DNA of 64,000 bases, taken from the NCBI GenBank assembly GCA_043808325.1, contig JAZDEY010000037.1:19623-83622 (forward strand), given 5' to 3'. Of the stretch, positions 8,438 through 16,472 are shown piece by piece. The position numbers and the translations under genes are program-made. Source of the stretch: Candidatus Eiseniibacteriota bacterium (GTDB taxonomy: Bacteria; Arandabacterota; Arandabacteria; Arandabacterales; Arandabacteraceae). Position 1 is the stretch's first letter; each line of letters starts with the position of its first letter. Below the pieces are notes generated by a model. That model worked only from the letters and a program-made list of their open reading frames with translations. It did no database searches and had not been told where the DNA came from.

Positions 8438-8594
8438 CTCTCGGGTCCAGCCGGCTTGATCTCCGGCCTGAATGGAATGATTGTTTCGCTGTCCCGTTCC
8501 GATTGGGTCACTCGTCAGAAAACGCTCACCCGTCGTGCCATTGACGCCGCAATTGCAGATCCGGAAGCGGGCTCGAGCCTGGACCCTCGGAGAG
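8438..8594. ncRNA. Candidate rod-shaped structured RNA with 6S-like architecture
   Basis: Nested imperfect inverted repeats close a central bubble: 8438-8450 with 8579-8594, 8461-8473 with 8552-8567, 8500-8508 with 8528-8535. Confidence 0.35.
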
Positions 8595-8599
8595 AAATA

Positions 8600-8674
8600 T
8601 GGAGGCGGCATCCGGATTTGAACCGGAGTATAACGGTTTTGCAGACCGTCGCCTTACCGCTTGGCTATGCCGCC
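8600..8674 (-). tRNA. tRNA-Cys(GCA)
   Basis: GGCGGCA/TGCCGCC acceptor stem, U73, encoded CCA, anticodon GCA at 8640-8642, GGTTCAAATCC T-arm. Confidence 0.97.
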
Positions 8675-8682
8675 CTAACTAA

Positions 8683-8757
8683 TGGAGCGGGAAACGGGAC
8701 TTGAACCCGCGACCATCACCTTGGCAAGGTGGCGCTCTACCACTGAGCTATTCCCGC
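8683..8757 (-). tRNA. tRNA-Gly(GCC)
   Basis: GCGGGAA/TTCCCGC acceptor stem, anticodon GCC at 8723-8725, GGTTCAAGTCC T-arm, encoded CCA. Confidence 0.97.
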
Positions 8758-9477
8758 TCAATTCGTTTTTCTGTAAAATCCTAAAATATCATAAATCTTT
8801 ATTCGAAAGAGGTCAAGTAGCATCTCTGTCGAGTCCACCACCGGATGGACCCTTGACGCTCTGGAGTTTATCCATCTTACGGGCACCTCCTTGACCTTGA
8901 GGCCGATCCGTTTGGCTATCAGAATCATCTCGACGTCAAAACTGAAGGAGTTGATGCGCTGCCGCGCGAATATCCTCCGGGCTGCATCGCCGGTCATCAG
9001 TTTGAAACCGCACTGGGTATCGATCATTCCTCTTACCAAGAGCACCTGAACCACCAGATTGAAAACGCGCCCCATCAACTCACGGTAAAAAGGCTGGTGC
9101 ACGATCACGTCGGATTCTGGCAGACTCCTCGATGCAATAACCAGATCGTGGGTTTCAACCCAGGGCAATAGCTTCTCATATTCTTCGATTGGGGTGGAGA
9201 GATCGGCATCGGAGAACAAAACCACGTCTCCCCCGGAGGCCTTGACGCCACTCCGGACCGCGGCCCCCTTGCCCATGTTCCTCGGGTTCCGAATCAACCT
9301 GATTCGGGGATCCTCTCGCGAGAATTCACCGACCGTCTCGGCCGTCCTGTCCCGGCTGCCGTCATCGGCCACCACCACCTCAAACCCGAAGGCCTTCTCT
9401 TGCATGTACCGTCGGATTTTCCGGAGGGACTCTCCTATTCTTCCCTCCTCATTGTAGGCAGGTATTACGACGGACAC
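8758..9477 (-). CDS. GT2 polyprenol/dolichyl-phosphate glycosyltransferase (ALG5-like)
   Basis: SVVIPAYNE, DDGSRD, NMGKGAAVR, DADLS, DTQCGFKL, FDVE motifs. Confidence 0.92.
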   Translation of the reverse strand: MSVVIPAYNEEGRIGESLRKIRRYMQEKAFGFEVVVADDGSRDRTAETVGEFSREDPRIRLIRNPRNMGKGAAVRSGVKASGGDVVLFSDADLSTPIEEYEKLLPWVETHDLVIASRSLPESDVIVHQPFYRELMGRVFNLVVQVLLVRGMIDTQCGFKLMTGDAARRIFARQRINSFSFDVEMILIAKRIGLKVKEVPVRWINSRASRVHPVVDSTEMLLDLFRIKIYDILGFYRKTN

Positions 9478-9487
9478 GAGGTTCGGC

Positions 9488-10984
9488 TTAACTTGCGCTC
9501 ACCACCCTTTTCCTCGCTAGCGTCGCAGCGTAGACCTCACTGTAAGCGATGGCTGATCGCTGCCACGAAAAATCCTCGGCCATGGCTCTCAGCATAAGCT
9601 TGGTCCACTGATCCTTCTTGACAAAAGCCCTTACCGCCCGCTCCAGGGTGGCGATCAAGGCCCTGGCATGATACTCTCCAAATACAAAACCCGTTGAGTC
9701 TCCGTACTCATCGAAGTCGCGGACGCTATCGGCAAGCCCCCCGGTTTTCCGAACAACTGGGACGGTCCCGTACGCCATGCTGTACATCTGGTTGAGACCG
9801 CAGGGCTCGTACTTTGACGGCATCAGGAACATGTCGCAGCCCGCCTCGATAAGATGGGCCATTTCTTCATCAAAGCCGATCGTGACCGAAATCCGGCCCG
9901 GGAAACGCTTGGCGTACGTGCAGAGAGCCTCATGATACTTCTTATCGCCGGTTCCCAGCACGACAAGGCCCAAGCCCAGGCCCATCATTGCATCCATGGA
10001 TTCCATCACTATATCGAAACCTTTCTGATCGACCATGCGGGAAACGATGCCCGCGAGTGGGGTCCCGGCATCGGCTGCCAGACCCAGGCGTCCGATCAGG
10101 TGCTGCTTACACTTGACCTTTCCATCGAGATCACGGCTCGTATACTGGCATGGAATCAGACTGTCGGCGGCCGGGTTCCACACGCTGTAGTCGGCCCCAT
10201 TGAGAATCCCAATGACGTCAGACGAACGGGACTTGAGGACACCTTCAAGACCGTGGCCGAATTCCGCAGTCTGAATCTCGCGCGCATAGGTGGGGCTTAC
10301 GGTCGTGATGGTATCCGCAAACGTGATGCCCGCTTTCATCATGTTGATGTTGCCATAGAATTCCAGCGGGCCCATCGGCCACATCAGATCTTCCCCCAAG
10401 CCCGCTTTGCGACCGACCTCCGTGGGGTAGACACCTTGATATGCCAGATTATGTATGGTGAACACCGTCCCAAGGTCCCTGAAGGCGCCCCGCTCGGCCA
10501 GCGAAGTTCTGATCCAGACCGGGATAAACCCCGCCTGATAGTCGTGGCAATGGATGACGTCGGGCCTCCACCCTGTTGCATCAACAAGCTCGAGGGCCGC
10601 TCGCGAGAAGAACAGGAAGCGCTCGGCATTGTCGTCGAAGTCTTTGCCGGTGCGAGGATCGGTGTAAATGCCTTCGCGACCAAAGAGCTGATCATTACCG
10701 ATCAAGTATACCGAGACCTTGCTCTGGGGCAGCTGGGTCCGCCGTAGGGTTGCCCTTTGCTTGATGCCGCCAAGTACGACATCCAACTTGTCGAGGCCTC
10801 TGATCTTCTCCACACCGATCTTCTTCTCTTTGATCGATCGATAGTAGGGCATAGCTATCCGGACGTCATGACCCAGATCGCAAAGCGCCTTGGGCAAAGC
10901 GCCGAGGACGTCCGCCAACCCGCCGACCTTCGCCAACGGATGGGCCTCAGCCGCGACCATGAGGATTGAGAGCTTGTTTTCCAT
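9488..10984 (-). CDS. glgA: Glycogen synthase (GT5)
   Basis: KVGGLADV, HCHDYQ, FTIHNLAYQG, MPSKYEPCGLNQM, TGGLADSV. Start set at ATG 10984 (MENKLSILMVAAE). Confidence 0.95.
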   Translation of the reverse strand: MENKLSILMVAAEAHPLAKVGGLADVLGALPKALCDLGHDVRIAMPYYRSIKEKKIGVEKIRGLDKLDVVLGGIKQRATLRRTQLPQSKVSVYLIGNDQLFGREGIYTDPRTGKDFDDNAERFLFFSRAALELVDATGWRPDVIHCHDYQAGFIPVWIRTSLAERGAFRDLGTVFTIHNLAYQGVYPTEVGRKAGLGEDLMWPMGPLEFYGNINMMKAGITFADTITTVSPTYAREIQTAEFGHGLEGVLKSRSSDVIGILNGADYSVWNPAADSLIPCQYTSRDLDGKVKCKQHLIGRLGLAADAGTPLAGIVSRMVDQKGFDIVMESMDAMMGLGLGLVVLGTGDKKYHEALCTYAKRFPGRISVTIGFDEEMAHLIEAGCDMFLMPSKYEPCGLNQMYSMAYGTVPVVRKTGGLADSVRDFDEYGDSTGFVFGEYHARALIATLERAVRAFVKKDQWTKLMLRAMAEDFSWQRSAIAYSEVYAATLARKRVVSAS

Positions 10985-11007
10985 AGGTGGGTTCCTCGTC
11001 TCTGGAA

Positions 11008-12021
11008 TCACCGCTTGAGGCTTGCGATCACGATCTCCCTCAAGTACCGACAAGCCTCCTCGGGAGCGGTGGGATTGATGTAAAAGCCCGAACCCCATTC
11101 AAAGCCTGCGACCTTGGTGAGTTTCGGTATCAATTCGATGTGCCAGTGATACCACGCCCGGTTGTCACCTTGACAGGGCAGCGTATGCAGTATGAAGTTG
11201 TAAGGAGGTCGGTTGAGCGCCGTATCCAGCTTCATCAGGATCTCCTTAAGCACCCTGGCGAGCATCTGAATGCCCGACCTGTCGATTTCCTCGAAGGCAG
11301 ATTCGTGGGACTTGGGCAGGATCCAGGTCTCGAACGGGAATCGCGGCGCAAACGGTTCGATCGCGAGGAAGGTCTCATTGGCGCTTACCACCCTGATGTC
11401 GTCGATAGTCTCCTGCGAGACGATGTCGCAGAAGATGCAACGTTCCTTGAATTCGAAGTACTTCCGGGAGTTATCGATCTCTTCACTGACCCGCTTCGGT
11501 ATGATAGGCATCGCGATCAATTGAGTGTGTGAGTGCTCAAGCGAGGCACCCGCTGCTTCACCGTGATTCTTGAATATCAGGATGTACTTGAATCTTCCGT
11601 CCCGTTTGAGGTCGATCATCCGCTCGCGCCAAGCCACTAACACCTCGACGATCGTGCCCTCATCCAGGTCACCCAGAGATTTCTCATGGTCGGGGGTTTC
11701 GATGATCACCTCGTGGGCTCCGATGCCGTTCATCTTGTCGTAAATCCCCTCACCCTGCCGGTTGAGATCCCCTTCGATCTGGAGTGCGGGGAACTTATTC
11801 GGCACGACTCTCACCCGCCAGCCGGGGGTATCTCGCGAGGTTCCGGGATTCCTAATAGCAAAGACCTCAGGCGGGGTCTTGCTCTCATTTCCGGAACAGA
11901 AAGGACAGAAGGCCGTGGATTTTGCGACGGGGACCGTAACGAAATCCGTCGGCCGTTTACCTCTCTCGGTAGATATGATCACCCACCTGCCGATGATGGG
12001 GTCTCTCCTCAATTCGGGCAT
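11008..12021 (-). CDS. galT: Galactose-1-phosphate uridylyltransferase / GalT-like nucleotidyltransferase
   Basis: MPELRRDP, CPFC, VPNKFPAL, GASLEHSHTQL (HxHxQ), YHWHIE. Confidence 0.93.
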   Translation of the reverse strand: MPELRRDPIIGRWVIISTERGKRPTDFVTVPVAKSTAFCPFCSGNESKTPPEVFAIRNPGTSRDTPGWRVRVVPNKFPALQIEGDLNRQGEGIYDKMNGIGAHEVIIETPDHEKSLGDLDEGTIVEVLVAWRERMIDLKRDGRFKYILIFKNHGEAAGASLEHSHTQLIAMPIIPKRVSEEIDNSRKYFEFKERCIFCDIVSQETIDDIRVVSANETFLAIEPFAPRFPFETWILPKSHESAFEEIDRSGIQMLARVLKEILMKLDTALNRPPYNFILHTLPCQGDNRAWYHWHIELIPKLTKVAGFEWGSGFYINPTAPEEACRYLREIVIASLKR

Positions 12022-12073
12022 CGGACCTTCTCCTCTTACGTGCTAATCTATAACTTCCCCGGTGATTTGGCAA

Positions 12074-12104
12074 ATTCTACACTCGGAATGCGGCCACGTG
12101 TCAA
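12074..12104 (-). promoter_or_regulatory. Possible sigma70 promoter for galT-glgA-GT2-tRNA
   Basis: TTGACA (12104-12099), 19 bp, TAGAAT (12079-12074); the spacer is long. Good SD (AGAGGAG) before galT. Confidence 0.45.
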
Positions 12105-12118
12105 CACCTAAATTGTCG

Positions 12119-13168
12119 CTAGCCAAGATGTTTGTAGAGGACCCTCCCCATGGCCTTGCCGATGAAGTTCGGCGAACGCTTGAGCGCGCTGGTCATCAAG
12201 CGGTACTTGGCCGACTCCTCAACGGTCGAGGCCGTGCCGCGAACCTCGGGATAGTAAAGATAGTTGAGGTCGACCTCAAATGCATTCCATCGTTCCTTGA
12301 AGTAGCGGAGCTCCTTGCTTGCCTTGGGGGTCCTCAAGAAATCGAAAGCCTTGTAGCCCCGGAGACATCCCATCTCAATAGCTTTCCAGAAGAGTATCTG
12401 ATGTACACGGTACGATCTGTAGGCCGCGGCCGAGCCGATGTACGCTGCACACAGGGTAGACCCGACCCCGAGAGTGATCAGGCCCGCCACAGGCTTGCCC
12501 CGGTGAACCGCCACGTGGAGGTGTAGGTTCTGCGGCCAGAGATGTAGCCACAGGTTCCGGAAGAAGCTATAGGGTTGGGGCGGGACACCGTGCTTGAGCC
12601 TGAGGCTCGAGAAGAACGCGTAGAACTGTTTCAGGTCATTGAGGTCGGCCGCGTCCCTGACCTCAATCCCTTTCTTCGCTGCCTGCCTGACCTCGGTCCT
12701 CACGTTTCGGTCCTTGAAGTTCTCCCAGACCTTGGTCGGGTCGCTGTCCAGCTTGACAATCGACGTTATGAAGTAGCTGACCCCGGTGAACCTTGGGTCC
12801 TCGATCGGATTGATATCGGCCTGAGTCCGAATTTCGAGCGCCTTGACCCCGAGCTCGGCCGAGAGATCCAGTGCCCTCCCGAGCAGCCCAGCCACACATT
12901 CGGGCGCCCCAATGGGTCCGCACGTGTTCGCGAAGGGAAGCGATACCAGCCGTCTTCCCGTAAGCCAGCTTCTTACGTGCATCAGCGGAAGCAGGGCTCT
13001 GAGGTCGCCCCCTTCCAGGCAGCCCAGGTACATGGGCTGGTACCCGTAGGTAGAGATGATCGCATCTCTCCATGCAGGCGTGTGATAGATTGTAGCCTGC
13101 CCGCAGCCCCCGACAAAACGTTGGTAAGCTTGCTCGTGCCTGCTATCAAGGACGCTGACGTCTCCCAT
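12119..13168 (-). CDS. FemAB-like GNAT-family protein (PEP-CTERM/EPS-locus type)
   Basis: YHTPAW, RLVSLPFANTCGP, VRTEVRQAAKKG, FDFLRT, FKERW two-domain FemAB-like pattern. Confidence 0.8.
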   Translation of the reverse strand: MGDVSVLDSRHEQAYQRFVGGCGQATIYHTPAWRDAIISTYGYQPMYLGCLEGGDLRALLPLMHVRSWLTGRRLVSLPFANTCGPIGAPECVAGLLGRALDLSAELGVKALEIRTQADINPIEDPRFTGVSYFITSIVKLDSDPTKVWENFKDRNVRTEVRQAAKKGIEVRDAADLNDLKQFYAFFSSLRLKHGVPPQPYSFFRNLWLHLWPQNLHLHVAVHRGKPVAGLITLGVGSTLCAAYIGSAAAYRSYRVHQILFWKAIEMGCLRGYKAFDFLRTPKASKELRYFKERWNAFEVDLNYLYYPEVRGTASTVEESAKYRLMTSALKRSPNFIGKAMGRVLYKHLG

Positions 13169-13173
13169 GGTAG

Positions 13174-14400
13174 TTATGCGCTAAGCTCCTCGTAGACCTG
13201 CATGATGTTGCGGTAGTGGGTCGCGGCGTCAAACTCGGTCTCGATCCGCTTTCTTGCGTTCTCGCCCATCTCCCTCAACAGAGCCCGGTTCTCGGCAAGA
13301 CAAGCCATCTTCTTGGCCAGGTCGGCCGGATCGCCCGGTTCGACCAGTAACCCCGTCCCCCCATTCTCCACCATCTCGGGGAGTCCTCCGATCCTCGATG
13401 CAATCACCGGCTTGCCCACGGCAAATGCCTCGAGTACGGAGTACGGGAAGTTCTCCGGCCAGATCGACGGAATCACCACAAACATCGCCCTGGAAACCAG
13501 ATCCAGGATCTTGTCTCTTGCGACATGCCCTAGGAATTCGGCATTCTTGAGGCCCAGCTTAAGGGCCTGCCCCTCGAGGGCAGTACGGCAGGGGCCGTCG
13601 CCCGCAATCACCAATCTGACATCGGGCAAAGCCGCCGCGGCCTCAAGGAGCACCTCAATGCCTTTCTCGTCAGAGAGCCGGCCAAAGCATATCGCGTAGC
13701 CGTCATTATCATAGACGGGCCGATACCGTGATCCGTCAATGAAGTTGGGCAGCGCGCGTATTCGTGCCGCCGGCCGGCCGCATTCGACCAGCTTGTCCCT
13801 GGCAAACCGGCTAGGTGTAATGATCATGTCGAGCAGATCATCATAGCCCATCACTCTCATGAAATAGCCTTCCAGCGCGATGGCCGCGCTGCCCGCAAAC
13901 GAACCACCCTTGCACCTCGCCATTGCAGCGTTGTAGTAGTTGCGGCCACGACACCGATCACACAAAGCTCCATGAGCGAACAGTACCGAACTCGGACAGA
14001 TTAGGTCATAATCGTGAGCAGTCATCACCACCGGCTTGGCTCTCTTCTTCGGCTCCGGAAGAATCGAAAACGTAAGATGGCGCCGGAAGTTCTGCAGGTG
14101 CACGATGTCGGGGCTGGTTGCGTCCAGGAGCGCAGCAAACTTCCTGCGAGCCTCGGATGAATAGAGACTCCGAGGGAAGGCTTTGACTCTCTCAAACAGA
14201 CCTCCGGTCTCCGAGAGGTCTCGGTAGTCGATGTAGTCCACAAAGTACTTCTCGAACTCAGATGGGAAATTCTTGGGATGTTTCATCGCAAAATGGATCA
14301 CTTGGTGTCCCCGGGACCCAAGCAGCCTGGCAAGCTCAAAAGTGTACGTCGAGTCTCCGCCTCGCCAATGATGGTAGGTGTTCACCAGGCAGATCCGCAT
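13174..14400 (-). CDS. Glycosyltransferase family 4
   Basis: GRLSDEKG, PSIWPENFPYSVLEAFA, SRIGGLPEMV. Confidence 0.92.
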   Translation of the reverse strand: MRICLVNTYHHWRGGDSTYTFELARLLGSRGHQVIHFAMKHPKNFPSEFEKYFVDYIDYRDLSETGGLFERVKAFPRSLYSSEARRKFAALLDATSPDIVHLQNFRRHLTFSILPEPKKRAKPVVMTAHDYDLICPSSVLFAHGALCDRCRGRNYYNAAMARCKGGSFAGSAAIALEGYFMRVMGYDDLLDMIITPSRFARDKLVECGRPAARIRALPNFIDGSRYRPVYDNDGYAICFGRLSDEKGIEVLLEAAAALPDVRLVIAGDGPCRTALEGQALKLGLKNAEFLGHVARDKILDLVSRAMFVVIPSIWPENFPYSVLEAFAVGKPVIASRIGGLPEMVENGGTGLLVEPGDPADLAKKMACLAENRALLREMGENARKRIETEFDAATHYRNIMQVYEELSA

Positions 14401-14404
14401 TGAC

Positions 14405-15658
14405 TCAGTTCTCCTTGAACCGCCTGAGAAAATCCCCGAGCGTCAGGCAGTCGATATCGCCGGTTACCGCCAGAGCCGCCTCAAAGGGAGCCGGCCAAGT
14501 GCTCTGCACGAGGAGCGCATGATCGAGCTCCGCAATCGCCTTGGCCAGGTCGTGGAGGCTGCACCCAGGTTTCGCATAGATTGGATAGGATTTGCTATCC
14601 GCTGTTAGTTCAATGATATAGCCGCGTTCCTTAACCTTTACCCTTAAATCCAAGGGGCTATCGGGATGGAAACCGATCACAGGCCTAAGCGGTGAGACAA
14701 CCTGGGCCGGCAGCGTGATCCTGGCGCTTGTCCCCTTAAGAGGCTCCACCAAGCAAAGGCTGGATTTAAGCGGAGCTGCACTTGTTATGCGGTAGGCACT
14801 CCCACCACCTGAGACTTCCAGCTGGAGCGTCTGCCGCTCTCTCCACCACCTGGAGATCTCGCCCAGGGTTGCTATCCAGACACGCCCGCTGAGGGCAGCG
14901 GCCTTGAGGAGATTCCCGAGGGCCCGGTGAAGTATCAGAAGCCGTTCCGGGTGAAGCTGAACCGTGAAGAGATCTCCCCTTGCGCGACAGCACTCGAGGA
15001 TCTCCTGCCAGACCCTGCCGATTGCCTCCGGCGAGAGCCCCATCCTATCGAGCAGAATCTCGTCATCAGGCAGGGACACAGGGATCTCGACGAGGCGCCC
15101 CGTCAACCTGGGTGTGGATCTCTCCGCGGGATGCCTTGCAGGATTATAAAACGCAAGACCTCGTTCGAGGCCGTCCTTCTCGCGGGAACTGAGACGCTCA
15201 AGAAGGCCCCGAGGCTCCCAGTAGAACGGCATGTTGCTGTCATAATCGAAACCCGCCTTCTCCACGGCCGCGAGAGTCGCTGCATTGTACCTGAGATAAG
15301 GACTCCGGAAGCCCGTGTAAGCTATTCCGTGTTCCCGGAAGATGCGGCAGGCTGCCTCGATCTGCTCGGTCTGGATTTCGGGCCGCAGATTGGAAAGATC
15401 GTTGTGTACGAGCCCGTGCACACATAGTTCGGCACCCAGCGCCACAAGCCTCTTGCCGACATGCGGGTTCCGGGCCAGCACCCGCGCCGTTATGGGAAGT
15501 GAAGGCGCAGCACCATGTGCCGCGACCAGATCGTGATAAGCCACAAGGCGTCTCTCCATTCTGGCCGCGGTCAGGCCGAAGCGGGTACCGACCTGCCAGA
15601 GCCTCTCCAGCGAGTTGCCGATACCACGCGATTCCAGAACGAATTTCAGTCTATTCAA
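14405..15658 (-). CDS. Polysaccharide deacetylase family protein, motif order apparently permuted
   Basis: HGLVH, GFRSPY, YDSN and QLHPE motifs; a motif-1-like AVTGDID occurs only at the C-terminus. TTG start. Confidence 0.78.
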   Translation of the reverse strand: MNRLKFVLESRGIGNSLERLWQVGTRFGLTAARMERRLVAYHDLVAAHGAAPSLPITARVLARNPHVGKRLVALGAELCVHGLVHNDLSNLRPEIQTEQIEAACRIFREHGIAYTGFRSPYLRYNAATLAAVEKAGFDYDSNMPFYWEPRGLLERLSSREKDGLERGLAFYNPARHPAERSTPRLTGRLVEIPVSLPDDEILLDRMGLSPEAIGRVWQEILECCRARGDLFTVQLHPERLLILHRALGNLLKAAALSGRVWIATLGEISRWWRERQTLQLEVSGGGSAYRITSAAPLKSSLCLVEPLKGTSARITLPAQVVSPLRPVIGFHPDSPLDLRVKVKERGYIIELTADSKSYPIYAKPGCSLHDLAKAIAELDHALLVQSTWPAPFEAALAVTGDIDCLTLGDFLRRFKEN

Positions 15659-15678
15659 TCGATCACCAGCCTAAGGCG

Positions 15679-15707
15679 TTGACACCGGGCTCCGACCGCT
15701 TCATAAT
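15679..15707 (+). promoter_or_regulatory. Near-consensus sigma70 promoter, probably leaderless
   Basis: TTGACA (15679-15684), 17 bp, CATAAT (15702-15707); ATG 7 nt downstream at 15715. Confidence 0.7.
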
Positions 15708-15714
15708 GGTCCCG

Positions 15715-16392
15715 ATGCGAATGTCAATAATCATGCCGGTATATAACGAGAGGTCGACCGTCCTCGAAATCATCGATCGGGTCGAGGCACTGCCCCTTGA
15801 GAAGGAAATAATCATAGTCGACGACGGCTCGACTGACGGTACGAGGGATCTCCTCCAGAGACTCGCGCCCGATCGAGCGATAGTGATTCTCCACCAAGGG
15901 AACTTGGGCAAAGGCACTGCCATAAGATCGGGCCTGGCAAGAGCATCGGGTGACGTGATCGTGATCCAGGATGCCGACCTCGAGTACGATCCCCAGGATC
16001 TCTTGAAGCTGCTCCGCCCCATAACTGAGGGCAAAGCCCAAGTGGTGTACGGCTCACGTTTCACCGGCGAGCGCAAGAACATGTTCTTTTGGCACTGGGT
16101 CGGAAATCGCTTCCTGACGTTGGTGACGGACATTCTATTCGACACCACCCTGTCTGACATGGAGACTTGTTACAAGATGTTCACCGCAGAGGTGATCAAA
16201 GGGATCCAGCTCAAGTCCCGCAGGTTCGAGATCGAGGTCGAGATGACCGCCAAGGTTCTGAGGGCCGGCTACAGGATCTATGAGGTGCCAATCTCCTATG
16301 CGGGCCGCGAATTCCACGAAGGCAAGAAGATCACTTGGAGGGACGGCGTCTCCGCGCTTTGGTACCTCTTCAAGTACCGCTTCCGGGATTGA
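15715..16392 (+). CDS. GT2 polyprenol-phosphate glycosyltransferase (DPM1-like)
   Basis: SIIMPVYNE, DDGSTDGT, NLGKGTA, QDADLEYDP, DMETCYK, RFEIEVE. Start moved from 15499 to ATG 15715. Confidence 0.92.
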   Translation: MRMSIIMPVYNERSTVLEIIDRVEALPLEKEIIIVDDGSTDGTRDLLQRLAPDRAIVILHQGNLGKGTAIRSGLARASGDVIVIQDADLEYDPQDLLKLLRPITEGKAQVVYGSRFTGERKNMFFWHWVGNRFLTLVTDILFDTTLSDMETCYKMFTAEVIKGIQLKSRRFEIEVEMTAKVLRAGYRIYEVPISYAGREFHEGKKITWRDGVSALWYLFKYRFRD

Positions 16393-16472
16393 TGCCTCCG
16401 GGCCGGTCATCGTCATGCTTAACACCCTCTCAGGTACCTGATCAAGCCACACAGTCCCACCGATGCTCCGTG

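Noticed and set aside
8430-8760. tRNA-anchored genomic island for the left polysaccharide block
   Set aside because: No integrase and no duplicated tRNA 3' end seen; the other boundary would lie outside the window.
8381-8894. ORFs 8381-8704 and 8682-8894
   Set aside because: They overlap the two tRNA genes on the opposite strand.
16428-16439. 12-bp palindrome TCAGGTACCTGA between convergent genes
   Set aside because: Single copy, no loop or U-tract; could arise by chance.
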